A DNA stretch of 63,723 bases, the filler included, from Choristocarpus tenellus KU-1152 (Eukaryota; Protista; Phaeophyceae): assembly GCA_964200185.2 (NCBI GenBank). It is 16 parts of 16 records of this genome, joined end to end, with 100 filler letters (N's around TTAATTAATTAA, not from the genome) between each part and the next. Parts side by side here need not be neighbours in the genome. Positions count along the whole stretch, not along the records: positions 61,069 to 63,723 come from CAXNAD020025914.1; 15 more parts are not named here. One strand, 5' to 3'. Shown here piece by piece: positions 63,682-63,723 of the stretch. Under the pieces are notes generated by a model, which saw only the letters and a program-made list of their open reading frames with translations, had not been told where the DNA came from and did not search any database. Numbering within the stretch: position 1 is the first letter of the stretch; the number at the start of each line of letters is the position of its first letter. The translations under genes and the position numbers were made by a program.

Positions 63682-63723
63682 GGCTCAAAGTATCTGGGAG
63701 GGGGTGGCGGCTGTCCATTTGGG
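63682..63723 (+). mobile_element. MITE family B, left end
   Basis: GGCTCAAAGTATCTGGGAGGGGGTGGCGGCTGTCCATTTGGG. Confidence 0.8.

Overview
This window is eukaryotic, repeat-rich draft-assembly sequence. It holds 16 small contigs joined by 15 artificial 100-nt spacers (44 N + TTAATTAATTAA + 44 N), so adjacency across spacers is not biological. Long GT-AG introns, a tRNA-Thr(AGT), TTAGGG repeats and the transposon types suggest a brown-alga-like stramenopile; this is inference only. Host genes are partial: five exons of a sulfotransferase-fold (WSCD-like) gene, three exons of a CRAL-TRIO/Sec14 gene, a probable PP1 phosphatase first exon, tRNA-Asp(GTC) and tRNA-Thr(AGT). Most of the rest is decayed transposable elements: Ty3/gypsy, Ty1/copia, a CRE-like LINE, solo LTRs and Stowaway-like MITEs. 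The most notable system is a putative Sola-superfamily ecosystem. It comprises two different intron-containing Sola-like transposase pseudogenes and at least four to five related MITE families (about 20 copies or ends). These share a G(R)NYCAAAGTA(TCT) terminus and mostly a GTCCATTTGGGG subterminal motif. Two copies have perfect 4-bp target-site duplications, including one MITE nested in another. One contig is also densely sprinkled with short interstitial TTAGGG/CCCTAA arrays, several of them next to splice sites. All assignments are by manual motif recognition; no database searches were run.
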